A stretch of 64,000 nt of DNA from a bacterium (GTDB lineage: Bacteria; UBA10199; 2-02-FULL-50-16; JAJFLM01). The translations under genes and the position numbers were made by a program. This document shows positions 37,390 through 46,385 of the stretch, piece by piece (the first letter of the stretch is position 1; each line of letters opens with the position of its first letter). The notes below the pieces were generated by a model. It worked only from the letters and a program-made list of their open reading frames with translations. It was not told the DNA's origin and ran no database searches. The stretch covers positions 448,001 to 512,000 of the forward strand of contig CBDCFN010000016.1 in the NCBI GenBank assembly GCA_965216315.1, given 5' to 3'.

Positions 37390-38037
37390 ATGACGCCCAT
37401 TGATCTCATTATTTTTGATTTGGACGGGACTCTCATCGATTCGAGGAAGGATATCGCCCATTGTGTCAACTGGGTGCTGGGTGATATGGGCCTTCCCGCT
37501 ATTGATCACGAGACAATCTATTCTTATGTGGGCCACGGTGTTCGTGATCTGATGGCCGGCGCGTTGGAAGCCGCCCACGGCGATCACAGCTATGAACGTG
37601 CTTTGGAGCTGTTTGATAAACACTACACAGAACATTTGCTGGATCATACGGCTCTGTTTGAAGGAATGCCGGAAGTTTTGCAGCGCTTTCGCGACAAGGC
37701 AATGGCGGTAATTACTAATAAACCGCAGAAATATACGGATAGCATCATCTCTGGTCTTGGTTTGAATGATTATTTCAAAACCGTGCTGGGTCGCGAAGCA
37801 TGCCCCAATCCTAAACCGCATCCGGAGCCTGTACTCAAGGTGTTGGAGTCACTACCTAACCGGAAAGAACGGAGCATCATTATTGGTGATACTGAAGTGG
37901 ATATTGAGGCCGGTAAACAGGCGGGTATTTTGACCTGCGGCGTTCTCTTTGGTTTTGGCAAAGAAGAACTCGTGCGTGCTGCCGAACCCGATTATATTGT
38001 CGAGGATGTAAATGCTTTGATGGAATTGCTTGCATGA
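37390..38037 (+). CDS. HAD-family phosphatase (phosphoglycolate phosphatase-like)
   Basis: 'FDLDGTLIDS', 'TNKP', 'KPHPEP', 'IGDTEVDIEAG'. Confidence 0.92.
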   Translation: MTPIDLIIFDLDGTLIDSRKDIAHCVNWVLGDMGLPAIDHETIYSYVGHGVRDLMAGALEAAHGDHSYERALELFDKHYTEHLLDHTALFEGMPEVLQRFRDKAMAVITNKPQKYTDSIISGLGLNDYFKTVLGREACPNPKPHPEPVLKVLESLPNRKERSIIIGDTEVDIEAGKQAGILTCGVLFGFGKEELVRAAEPDYIVEDVNALMELLA

Positions 38038-38043
38038 GGAGAG

Positions 38044-38556
38044 ATGGCCAAGATCATTAAAAAGATATTTAATGGTCGCATTGTTGATCTTCGGATTGAA
38101 CAGCATCGTTTGCCGAATGGCGTGACGCATGATTTCGAAATCGTACGTCATTTGCCGGCGGCAGCTGTCTTGCCTGTCATGGGAGATCAAATCCTTTTGA
38201 TCAAACAGTATCGTCCGGCGATTGGTAAGCGTGTCTGGGAAATTCCTGCAGGCTTAGTTGAGGAGAGTGAAAGTCCTCTCAGCTGTGTGAAGCGGGAATT
38301 GAGAGAAGAGACCGGTTACCGGGGTGAGAATTTTCGTAAGCTAGGGATTATTTATTCAGCCTGCGGCTTTACGGATGAAAAGATTATCATTTATCAGTGC
38401 GATATAGGCGAGAAGGGCGATAATTCTCTTGAGCTGACGGAAGATATAACCGTTCACCTTCTTGTTGTGGATCAAGTTCGTGAGATGTTAGAGCAGGGTG
38501 AGATCAAGGATTCAAAGACGGTGATTGCCCTGCAGCATTACTTTTTGTCTCCTTGA
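38044..38556 (+). CDS. NUDIX hydrolase (ADP-ribose pyrophosphatase-like)
   Basis: 'QYRP', Nudix box 'EIPAGLVEESESPLSCVKRELREETGY', 'IKDSKT'. Confidence 0.92.
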   Translation: MAKIIKKIFNGRIVDLRIEQHRLPNGVTHDFEIVRHLPAAAVLPVMGDQILLIKQYRPAIGKRVWEIPAGLVEESESPLSCVKRELREETGYRGENFRKLGIIYSACGFTDEKIIIYQCDIGEKGDNSLELTEDITVHLLVVDQVREMLEQGEIKDSKTVIALQHYFLSP

Positions 38557-38591
38557 TTTTTATTCACGAGTATTAGAAACTCCCGCGCAAG

Positions 38592-40271
38592 ATGGCAAAA
38601 CAACTTAATAAATATAGTGCACGGATCACGCAGGACCGCGATCAACCCGCCTCGCAGGCAATGCTTTATGGCATTGGCCTTACCGAGGAAGATCTCGCCA
38701 AGCCTTTTGTGGGGGTTGCGAGTACCGGCTATGACGGGAATACCTGTAACATGCATCTCAATGGGTTGGCTAAGTTGGCCAAGGAAAGCTGCTTAGAAGC
38801 AGGGATGGTCGGACTCATCTTTCACACGATTGGGGTCAGTGACGGTATTTCAATGGGTACCGAGGGGATGAATTATTCACTGCAGTCCCGCGAGATTATA
38901 GCCGACTCCATTGAAACCGTGATGAACGCCCATTGGTATGATGCGAATATTTCCGTTGTCGGATGTGATAAAAACATGCCGGGCTCCGTGATTGCGATGG
39001 GGCGTCTCAACCGTCCAAGCATTATGATTTATGGCGGGACAATTAGTCCGGGAAAATTCCACGACAAGGTGCTTGATATCGTGTCGGCCTTTGAAGGTTT
39101 GGGTGAATTCGTGGGCGGTAAAATCGATGAACCCGAGCTTAAAGGCATTCTTAAAAATGCCTGTCCTGGTGCCGGGGCCTGCGGGGGGATGTACACAGCG
39201 AATACGATGGCATCGGCGATTGAAACACTCGGGATGAGTTTGCCGTATAGTTCTTCATATCCTGCAACGAGCGAAGAAAAGCTTGCAGAGTGTCGCCAGG
39301 TGGGGGCTGCTATTAGGAATTTACTTGAAAAGGACATTAAGCCCGCCGATATCATGACGCGCAAAGCCTTCGAAAATGCAATCACAATCGTGATGGCATT
39401 AGGTGGCTCAACAAACGCCGTATTACATCTAATTGCGATGGCGAAGTCCGTCGATGTCCCGCTGACGATTGATGATTTCCAGGTGATCAGCGATAGAACG
39501 CCGTATATCGCTGATCTGAAACCGAGTGGCAAGTATGTGATGGAGGATCTCTGCCATGTCGGTGGAGTTCCAGCCGTTCAAAAATTGCTCCTTAAAGAAG
39601 GTTTGTTAGCGGGGGATTGCCTCACGGTGACGGGAAAGACCTTAGCTGAGAACTTAGAGTCACTGCCGGGTCTCAAGGAAGGGCAGCCCATTATCTTTCC
39701 GCTATCGCAGCCAATCAAGCCGAGCGGCCATCTGCAGATTTTGTATGGCAATATTGCCGAGCAGGGTGCGGTTGCTAAAATTACGGGTAAAGAGGGGACT
39801 GCTTTTACGGGCACAGCCCGTGTATTTGACAGCGAAGAAGAAGCGATCGAGGCGCTTGAGGCCAAGCAGATCAAGCCCGGCGACGTACTTGTCATTCGTT
39901 ATGAAGGGCCGAAAGGGGGGCCGGGCATGAGTGAAATGCTTAAAGTGACGGCCGTCGTGATGGGGCTTGGGCTTGGCAAAGAAGTTGCGCTAATAACGGA
40001 CGGTCGTTTTTCGGGTGGAACCCATGGTTTTGTTGTCGGCCACATAACGCCGGAGGCACAAGTGGGCGGTGTCATGGCAATTATTGAAGACGGAGATGAA
40101 ATTACGATTGATGCGGAGCAGAGAGTGTTGAACCTCAATGTTTCGGCTGAGATTATTCAGGCCCGTTTTAATGATTGGAAGGCCCCACCGCTTAAGGTCA
40201 AGCGCGGCACACTTCACAAGTTCTTTAAAACTGTTGCTTCGGCGTCGGAAGGATGCGTGACGGATGCGTGA
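38592..40271 (+). CDS. ilvD: Dihydroxy-acid dehydratase
   Basis: 'CNMHL', 'VSDGISMG', 'GCDKNMPG', '[12 protein letters not shown]', 'TDGRFSGG'. Confidence 0.97.
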   Translation: MAKQLNKYSARITQDRDQPASQAMLYGIGLTEEDLAKPFVGVASTGYDGNTCNMHLNGLAKLAKESCLEAGMVGLIFHTIGVSDGISMGTEGMNYSLQSREIIADSIETVMNAHWYDANISVVGCDKNMPGSVIAMGRLNRPSIMIYGGTISPGKFHDKVLDIVSAFEGLGEFVGGKIDEPELKGILKNACPGAGACGGMYTANTMASAIETLGMSLPYSSSYPATSEEKLAECRQVGAAIRNLLEKDIKPADIMTRKAFENAITIVMALGGSTNAVLHLIAMAKSVDVPLTIDDFQVISDRTPYIADLKPSGKYVMEDLCHVGGVPAVQKLLLKEGLLAGDCLTVTGKTLAENLESLPGLKEGQPIIFPLSQPIKPSGHLQILYGNIAEQGAVAKITGKEGTAFTGTARVFDSEEEAIEALEAKQIKPGDVLVIRYEGPKGGPGMSEMLKVTAVVMGLGLGKEVALITDGRFSGGTHGFVVGHITPEAQVGGVMAIIEDGDEITIDAEQRVLNLNVSAEIIQARFNDWKAPPLKVKRGTLHKFFKTVASASEGCVTDA

Positions 40272-40279
40272 CGATTGAG

Positions 40280-40693
40280 CTATTTGACTAAGAGTACTCC
40301 CATCGTGATTAAAAAGACGCCGATCACCCGACTCAGACTGAGTGGCTCCCCAAGAAACAAAACTGAATAGAATAATGTAAAGACGGGTGCGACGGCAACG
40401 AGCGGAACTACACGGGAAGCCAAGTCTCCTTGCAATACAGAAAAATATAACCATAGAAAAACCGTCGCCATCAGTGCCGGGATGACAATCCATAGATAGG
40501 TGCGGCCACTGAAATCGCCAAAGGAACGATATTGCCCGGTGAAAAAAGAGATCAGCAAGAGAAGAATGCAGATGAGACAGCTACGGATTGTGAAAACGGC
40601 TAGGGGGGACGCTTCTTTTAAGCTAAGCTTTTCAAAGATGGCTCCTAAGCCCATCATCGCGGCCACGATCAGTGGCAGGCCAATCTCTTTCAT
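40280..40693 (-). CDS. Single-repeat EamA/DMT-family membrane protein
   Basis: About 5 TM segments; 'ASRVVPL', 'LFLGEPLS'. Confidence 0.8.
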   Translation of the reverse strand: MKEIGLPLIVAAMMGLGAIFEKLSLKEASPLAVFTIRSCLICILLLLISFFTGQYRSFGDFSGRTYLWIVIPALMATVFLWLYFSVLQGDLASRVVPLVAVAPVFTLFYSVLFLGEPLSLSRVIGVFLITMGVLLVK

Positions 40694-40785
40694 GGCATAG
40701 ACTTTTCCGGCAACACCTTGAAAAGTCAAGGGAGTATAGGGACTTGGGCGTTGACTTTGAATCCGGGCTTGTGTACTTATGGACT

Positions 40786-40834
40786 CTCACGTCAGGCGTG
40801 AGTGCTTTTTGGGTTTCACGTCAGGCGTGAAACC
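40786..40834 (+). promoter_or_regulatory. Twin palindromes TCACG-TCAGG-CGTGA in the ferredoxin leader
   Basis: Identical 15-mers at 40787..40801 and 40816..40830. Confidence 0.6.
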
Positions 40835-40852
40835 ATAATCGAGGAGGATGAA

Positions 40853-41152
40853 ATGGCCTACGTTATTACCGAAAAATGCTTGGGAGAAAGATATGCAACA
40901 TGCGTTGATGTCTGTCCGGTCAACTGCATTTATCCTGGTGATTACAAAGACGAAGTCTTCATGGTTATCGATCCGGAAATTTGTATCGATTGCGGCGCCT
41001 GTCTCCCGGAATGTCCGATTGAGGCCATTGTCGCCTCAGAAGATGAGTCGCCGGATTGGGCCAAGATCAATGCGGAGTTGACGCCTGCTTACAAGGACAA
41101 TCCTCCCGTGGAGCCACGCCCGGCCAATGATCCGCCGCGGAAGCAGCATTAA
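40853..41152 (+). CDS. Ferredoxin (7Fe/FdxA-type)
   Basis: GAGGAGG RBS; 'MAYVITEKC...CVDVCPVNCI', 'CIDCGACLPECP'. Confidence 0.93.
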   Translation: MAYVITEKCLGERYATCVDVCPVNCIYPGDYKDEVFMVIDPEICIDCGACLPECPIEAIVASEDESPDWAKINAELTPAYKDNPPVEPRPANDPPRKQH

Positions 41153-41176
41153 ATCTCGAATGAAATTGTGTAAATA

Positions 41177-42631
41177 TTATTTCGGGGGGGCTTTCCCTCC
41201 TGATTCTATCTCGACCAATTGACTCATAAAGTGCGTATGCGCACCGGCAATAATCCTGGGGATAGATTTTGGATCAAGCACGCCAATGCCTTTTACGGGA
41301 AGAACAAGCTCCCAAACTTCTACTTGTGGATCATCACGTAGGATTTGCAGGTGATCTTCAATGCGGGCGCGACGCATCAAATCCGCGACATGACTTGACC
41401 ACTTAAGAATATCGACAAACGGCAGGCGCCGAATCAGTTTGTTGCGAAATATCTTCCAGCCCGACACTTGTGGGAATAAATTGACAGCGAGAATAAAGAG
41501 TTTTTTTTGTTTCGTCAGTTGTTTCTTTTGATCGATCTTCCACTTGCGGTAAACACTGACAAGCGGGACCTCTTCGGCAGTGCCGCCGTCCACATAGATG
41601 CTGGAAGTCTTTCCTTTTTTGATGACGCGGGGGACATAAAGAATGGGGATTGAGCTTGAAGCGAGGACGGCATCGATGGCACTGACGCTGTGAATGAGTT
41701 CACCATAATCTTGTTTGCGTACTTTCAGCGGGGTAAGGACTTCATTGCGTTTGCGATGCAAGTTGTAAGCAATGCAGTAGAGAGGCTTCTCGACTTTTCT
41801 ATCTTTGGCTAAACGGGTGACCGCATTTTGAATGACCTTTTGGATGTCCATAAAGCCTTTGAGTGCAAACGGGTTGGAAGGGAGCAACCATTCTACGGCT
41901 AAATTTTTCAGGACCTGTGCCTTTGATGGGGAAAGGATCATGTCATAACGCTCGTTGTAGAGATCATAGCCGTCGTGCTCCATGGCGTCCGGGCTGACCC
42001 CGAGGGCAAACATCAACGCGGCGATGGAGCCGCCGCTGCATCCCCACAGTTCATCGATATGTTCACGACCTTCTAGTAGATCGATTATTTTGAGGACCGC
42101 CGCATGAGCAAAGAGACGCAGGCCGCCGCCGCCGAGCGAGAGGACGAAACGCGTCGAAGGATCGGACATGCGCCGCCGGAGTTTTTTGAGTCGGTCGCGC
42201 GCCTGCGGGACCTTGGGGGGGCGCTGGGCAAGTCGCCAGCGATAATTGCGGCGGCCACCGGGTCGGTCTAGGATGAAGCTCTCCTTCAATTCTTCGTCGG
42301 TGCGCCCCAGATAGACCGGTGTGGGGATGCGTCCGGCCTGTTCCTCCGCCATGCAACGCGTCATAATCTCGTTTTGGACGTCCGGAGGGGGCAAACTGTG
42401 GAGGATTGCCTCAAAAGGAAAAATAATGCGGGTCGGTAGCGTGTCTTGGCTAAATACTCTAATTATATGAAATGATTCTGGAAACAGCTCCTGGAGTTGG
42501 CTGTGGCTGCGCTCGGAGAGAAACAGGCTGCCGTCGGCGGCGGGGTGAAAACGCCAATGATCTCGATAGCGCTTCTCGAGCGGTCTATCCGAGTTCAAAC
42601 TGACCTGGTAGATTGTCCCCAACCAACTCAA
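41177..42631 (-). CDS. Patatin-like phospholipase with N-terminal extension
   Basis: 'LSLGGGGLR', nucleophile 'GCSGG', 'ASSSIP', 'VDGG'; start uncertain. Confidence 0.85.
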   Translation of the reverse strand: MSWLGTIYQVSLNSDRPLEKRYRDHWRFHPAADGSLFLSERSHSQLQELFPESFHIIRVFSQDTLPTRIIFPFEAILHSLPPPDVQNEIMTRCMAEEQAGRIPTPVYLGRTDEELKESFILDRPGGRRNYRWRLAQRPPKVPQARDRLKKLRRRMSDPSTRFVLSLGGGGLRLFAHAAVLKIIDLLEGREHIDELWGCSGGSIAALMFALGVSPDAMEHDGYDLYNERYDMILSPSKAQVLKNLAVEWLLPSNPFALKGFMDIQKVIQNAVTRLAKDRKVEKPLYCIAYNLHRKRNEVLTPLKVRKQDYGELIHSVSAIDAVLASSSIPILYVPRVIKKGKTSSIYVDGGTAEEVPLVSVYRKWKIDQKKQLTKQKKLFILAVNLFPQVSGWKIFRNKLIRRLPFVDILKWSSHVADLMRRARIEDHLQILRDDPQVEVWELVLPVKGIGVLDPKSIPRIIAGAHTHFMSQLVEIESGGKAPPK

Positions 42632-42723
42632 CTTATCAAAAAAAACCGCAAGGACAAAGGCTTGAAGCGGGTCTGAAAATTCGTTATTTTTTTAGAGAAA
42701 GGCAAAAAATAAATTTTTAATGA

Positions 42724-42736
42724 TATCAATGAGTTA
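42724..42736 (+). promoter_or_regulatory. IHF-binding consensus site
   Basis: TATCAATGAGTTA matches WATCAANNNNTTR, with an upstream A/T tract. Confidence 0.55.
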
Positions 42737-42768
42737 CGATGATTTGCGAAGATTTGCTAAAATTGTTG

Positions 42769-42796
42769 GCAACCTGCAAATCGAAGGGGCCGATAA
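42769..42796 (+). promoter_or_regulatory. RCAAC-N17-CGA promoter-like motif, copy 7
   Basis: GCAAC...GCCGATAA (perfect sigma28 -10 box), upstream of 42867. Confidence 0.7.
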
Positions 42797-42866
42797 CCCT
42801 ATTAAGGAAACCACTGCGCCCAACGTGCGCGGATTGAACTGGAGAGACCGAGTTAGGTTATAAACA

Positions 42867-44615
42867 ATGCCACCGATTCAGTTACAAATTGTAAATGGCT
42901 ACGTTGTTGCGACGGGAGGAGGGATCAATTCAACCCTCTCGATGCCGTTGCGCACAGAAGATGCCGGCTTGTCGGCATCTCAGTTAGAGATCTCCAATTA
43001 TTTTTCTAATGCCGATCTTATTGGCGCGGGTGCCAATCTTACCTCTAACAACTTAGGAGGTTCCGGGCTCACCGGTGATGTCGAAGATTATACCCTTCAC
43101 GTCTGTACTGATGATGCGGATGTTCAGGCGCGGCAACGGGCCGCAATTTCCTCACAAATGGGAACGGACCCGAATGACGATTCGCAACGCGCGCGCCACG
43201 AGATGGCCCGCGTTATGTTGGAATCGCTGCCCGAGTCAGAGCGAGCAGATGTCCTGCGCGAACTTCTGAATGCTCCGGATATTATCGCCGCCAGACTCAT
43301 AGTTCTAAGGGCGCTTCATGGCATTCATGAACTAATCGGACATACCGGTTGTAGTTGCCACGAGGATATTCAAGCGCTTGAGGCACAACAGCAGGTAGCG
43401 CAGAACCAGCAACAAAATGCTGTTCAAACGGTTCGTCAGCTGCAAAGAGATGGCGCGCTCGATGAGCAGTCACAACAGGTCGCCCAACAGTATATTGACA
43501 ACCATCCGGATAGTAGTACGTCGGCTCAACTCCAGAGTGCCTTAAGCGGTGGTTCAGACTCTCAATCAGGAGGGGGTAGTGGTGACAGCGCCGCGGCCGG
43601 GGATTCCGGCAATAGCGGCGCCGGCAGCACAAATGATGGCGTGCCGGTTGCCTTTAACGGCTCCGATGCAACTCATTCCGATAATGGCTCTTCAGCTGGC
43701 GTTCAGACTGTCGGTTACGTCGTGGAGAATGAAGACGGATCTGTAAACGTCATCGGTGTTCAGTCTTCAACGACGGATGCCAGCGATGACCACGTGGTCG
43801 TTCCTCAGGGGTCGGGAAGCAATGGGAGCAATATAGTGATTGCCAGCTACAATAATGGCGGTCTTCCGACGGACCCGGCGGATATTTCGGTTGCCGGCGC
43901 GAATAATGTTTATGCGATTACCGTCGATCCAATCTCGCAGTCGGCCTTTCTCGTCAGTGCGGATGGGACTCATGCGGCAATTCCAAATGATGCTTCAAAT
44001 CCGCTTGTTCAAGGCGGTCTCCAGTTAGTTGCAACCGATCATGGTGTTGCCATTAATGGTACGGATCATGATGATGATACGGACGGTGTCGTCTTGACGG
44101 CGTTTAATTCAGCCGACTCTGATCATAGCCACGCAGTGGGATTTCCTTTTGCCGGTATAGGCACCAGTCCCGTGCAGGGTGACAGCGATTCGCCTTTTGG
44201 CACCGGGAACGGATTCTCTTTTGCTGGCTTCGGTCGCAGCCGCTCCACGTCAGGGCTTGGTAGTTTTGGTGGTTTCTTTGGTTCGCCTAACGAATTTGTT
44301 GCGGGTAACTCAGTGACTCTGGCCCAGTTTAATCCCGCCTTCTTAGGCGTGGCGGCCGGCGTTGCCGGTGCCGGACAAACGATTCGAACGGTTGACGGCC
44401 AGGTAATGTTTGTACCCCATTCGGGCCGCTCCGCTCAGGGTCACAGCGTTGTGGCCTCCATCTCAGGTCGCGGTGATTCAGGTCATGGCCTGACGCGGGA
44501 CGGTGGTGGCGGCAGTGGAGCCAGTGATGAAGGTGATGATGATCAACCTGATGATCAGCCGGCCTTGTTTCAATTTGACGATGATCTCCAAGACGGTGCG
44601 TCCGTCATCGCCTAA
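42867..44615 (+). CDS. Hypothetical low-complexity protein (582 aa; Gln-, Gly/Ser- and Asp-rich)
   Basis: Long ORF filling the gap; no Sec signal; acidic C-terminus. Confidence 0.8.
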   Translation: MPPIQLQIVNGYVVATGGGINSTLSMPLRTEDAGLSASQLEISNYFSNADLIGAGANLTSNNLGGSGLTGDVEDYTLHVCTDDADVQARQRAAISSQMGTDPNDDSQRARHEMARVMLESLPESERADVLRELLNAPDIIAARLIVLRALHGIHELIGHTGCSCHEDIQALEAQQQVAQNQQQNAVQTVRQLQRDGALDEQSQQVAQQYIDNHPDSSTSAQLQSALSGGSDSQSGGGSGDSAAAGDSGNSGAGSTNDGVPVAFNGSDATHSDNGSSAGVQTVGYVVENEDGSVNVIGVQSSTTDASDDHVVVPQGSGSNGSNIVIASYNNGGLPTDPADISVAGANNVYAITVDPISQSAFLVSADGTHAAIPNDASNPLVQGGLQLVATDHGVAINGTDHDDDTDGVVLTAFNSADSDHSHAVGFPFAGIGTSPVQGDSDSPFGTGNGFSFAGFGRSRSTSGLGSFGGFFGSPNEFVAGNSVTLAQFNPAFLGVAAGVAGAGQTIRTVDGQVMFVPHSGRSAQGHSVVASISGRGDSGHGLTRDGGGGSGASDEGDDDQPDDQPALFQFDDDLQDGASVIA

Positions 44616-45448
44616 TTGCCTAATTCTTCCGTTAATGCGCGACGCATGATTTCCACATCAGCAGCTTGTTTAAACCACAATCGAAACGCCTCGGCTCCTT
44701 GATAGAGTAACATTCCAAGCCCGCCATGAGTTGTATAGCCGGCCTGCTTTGCCTCATGTAGCAGTGGTGTCTCGGCAGGGGCATAGACGAGGTCCGAAAC
44801 CAGAGCATGTTGGGGTAATTGGCTGAGATCCAACTGTTCAAAACGGGTTCCGCCGAGCCCGACGGCGGTGGCATTCAGTAAAAGATCACTTTTCTTGAGA
44901 TACGCTGGCAATTGTTTCCATGCGACAAAAGAGATGCGATCCACGAACAATTTGCCCAGTTCGTTGCAAAGCGCTTCTGCTTTGTCAGGGCTGCGGTTAG
45001 CAATATAGAGCTGCTGAACGTCGTGCTCCAGTAACCCATAGGCGACCGCTCGCGCGGCGCCTCCGGCACCGAGGACGGTGACGACTTTGCCGTGTGGTTT
45101 CCATTGCTTCTCTTCTTGTAGGGAGCGAATATACCCGATGGCATCCGTATTATGGCCCGTCAATTGGCCTTGTACGTTGACGACAGTATTGACGGCTCCG
45201 ATTGCTTCGGCTTCAGGTGATATCTCGTCCAAATAAGCCATAATGTCTTGCTTATGAGGAATAGTGATATTGAAGCCTAGAAAATTTTCGCGCCGGACTC
45301 TATCGACAAAGCTTGCTAGCTCATCGGCTTTGATGTGGAATGCTTTGTAAGTTGCATCAATTTCAGCCGCTTTGATTGCTGCCATTTGCATGACAGGTGA
45401 TAAGGAGTGCTCAATAGGGTCTCCGATGACGCCGAGGACGTATGTCAT
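44612..45448 (-). CDS. aroE: Shikimate dehydrogenase
   Basis: 'GDPIEHSLSP', 'NITIPHK', 'GAVNT', 'NTD', 'GAGGAARA', 'GLGMLLYQG'. Confidence 0.96.
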   Translation of the reverse strand: MTYVLGVIGDPIEHSLSPVMQMAAIKAAEIDATYKAFHIKADELASFVDRVRRENFLGFNITIPHKQDIMAYLDEISPEAEAIGAVNTVVNVQGQLTGHNTDAIGYIRSLQEEKQWKPHGKVVTVLGAGGAARAVAYGLLEHDVQQLYIANRSPDKAEALCNELGKLFVDRISFVAWKQLPAYLKKSDLLLNATAVGLGGTRFEQLDLSQLPQHALVSDLVYAPAETPLLHEAKQAGYTTHGGLGMLLYQGAEAFRLWFKQAADVEIMRRALTEELGN

Positions 45449-46377
45449 GGTGAATGCCCCTGAAAATAGCGCCGCGCTCTCGAAATGTCTTTATTGATTT
45501 CTCCGATCAGTTCTTCAGGCGAATTGAAGGGTCGCTCAGGCCGGAGCCGTGCAACGAATTCCAAGCGCACTTCTTTATGGCTAATTTTTTTGTTGAAATT
45601 AAGCAGGTGAGTTTCTATGCGCAGCTCGCTCCCGTGGAATGTTGGCCGGGTTCCAATGTTTGTCACGCTGTTATAACGTCGGTTCCCCAGGCGGGCACGT
45701 GTTGCATAGACACCGTTCGCAGGGAGAAGTTCATTGTCTGTTTCAAGATTAGCAGTTGGAAACCCCATCTGGCGACCAAGCCCATCGCCTTTGACGATGC
45801 GACCATCGATAAAATACGGGCGTCCCAGCAATAAAACGGCGAGGTCGACGTTGCCGTCTTGAATTTGTTGCCGGATAACCGTGCTAGACACTAGATACCC
45901 ATTGGTCAGGAAAGCATCTATGATGGTCACTTTGATTCCGTGTTTTTGACCGAGTTCCGACAATAGGGCCGTCGTACCTTTTCTTTCGCTTCCAAAAGTA
46001 AAGTCGTAGCCGACAATTACTTCTTGGGCGCGACATCTCTCGACAAGGATTTTATTGAAGAAGGATTCCGGTGTCAGGTTGCTGAAAGACTTATTAAATT
46101 TCTCAACGATACATATGTCGATGCCGCTGGCCTTTAATAGTTCCAGTTTTTGGCTTCGTGTATTTAAGAGTGGAGGGCATGCTTTAGGGAATAGAATGCG
46201 GACCGGATGGGGGTCAAAAGTGTAAACGACAGCCTTTTTTTTTAGCCGACGAGCCTGCGTGCGACATTTTTTGAGTAGGGATTGATGTCCTAGGTGGACA
46301 CCATCAAAAACCCCCATAGTGACAACTGTATTTTTTAATTTACCTTCGGCCGGTTTGGATCCATTAAATACTTTCAT
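45445..46377 (-). CDS. ribF: Bifunctional riboflavin kinase/FAD synthetase
   Basis: 'GVFDGVHLGH', 'VGYDFTFG', 'VSSTVIR', 'GFPTAN', 'NIGTRPTF'. Confidence 0.96.
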   Translation of the reverse strand: MKVFNGSKPAEGKLKNTVVTMGVFDGVHLGHQSLLKKCRTQARRLKKKAVVYTFDPHPVRILFPKACPPLLNTRSQKLELLKASGIDICIVEKFNKSFSNLTPESFFNKILVERCRAQEVIVGYDFTFGSERKGTTALLSELGQKHGIKVTIIDAFLTNGYLVSSTVIRQQIQDGNVDLAVLLLGRPYFIDGRIVKGDGLGRQMGFPTANLETDNELLPANGVYATRARLGNRRYNSVTNIGTRPTFHGSELRIETHLLNFNKKISHKEVRLEFVARLRPERPFNSPEELIGEINKDISRARRYFQGHSP

Positions 46378-46385
46378 CGAGTTTT

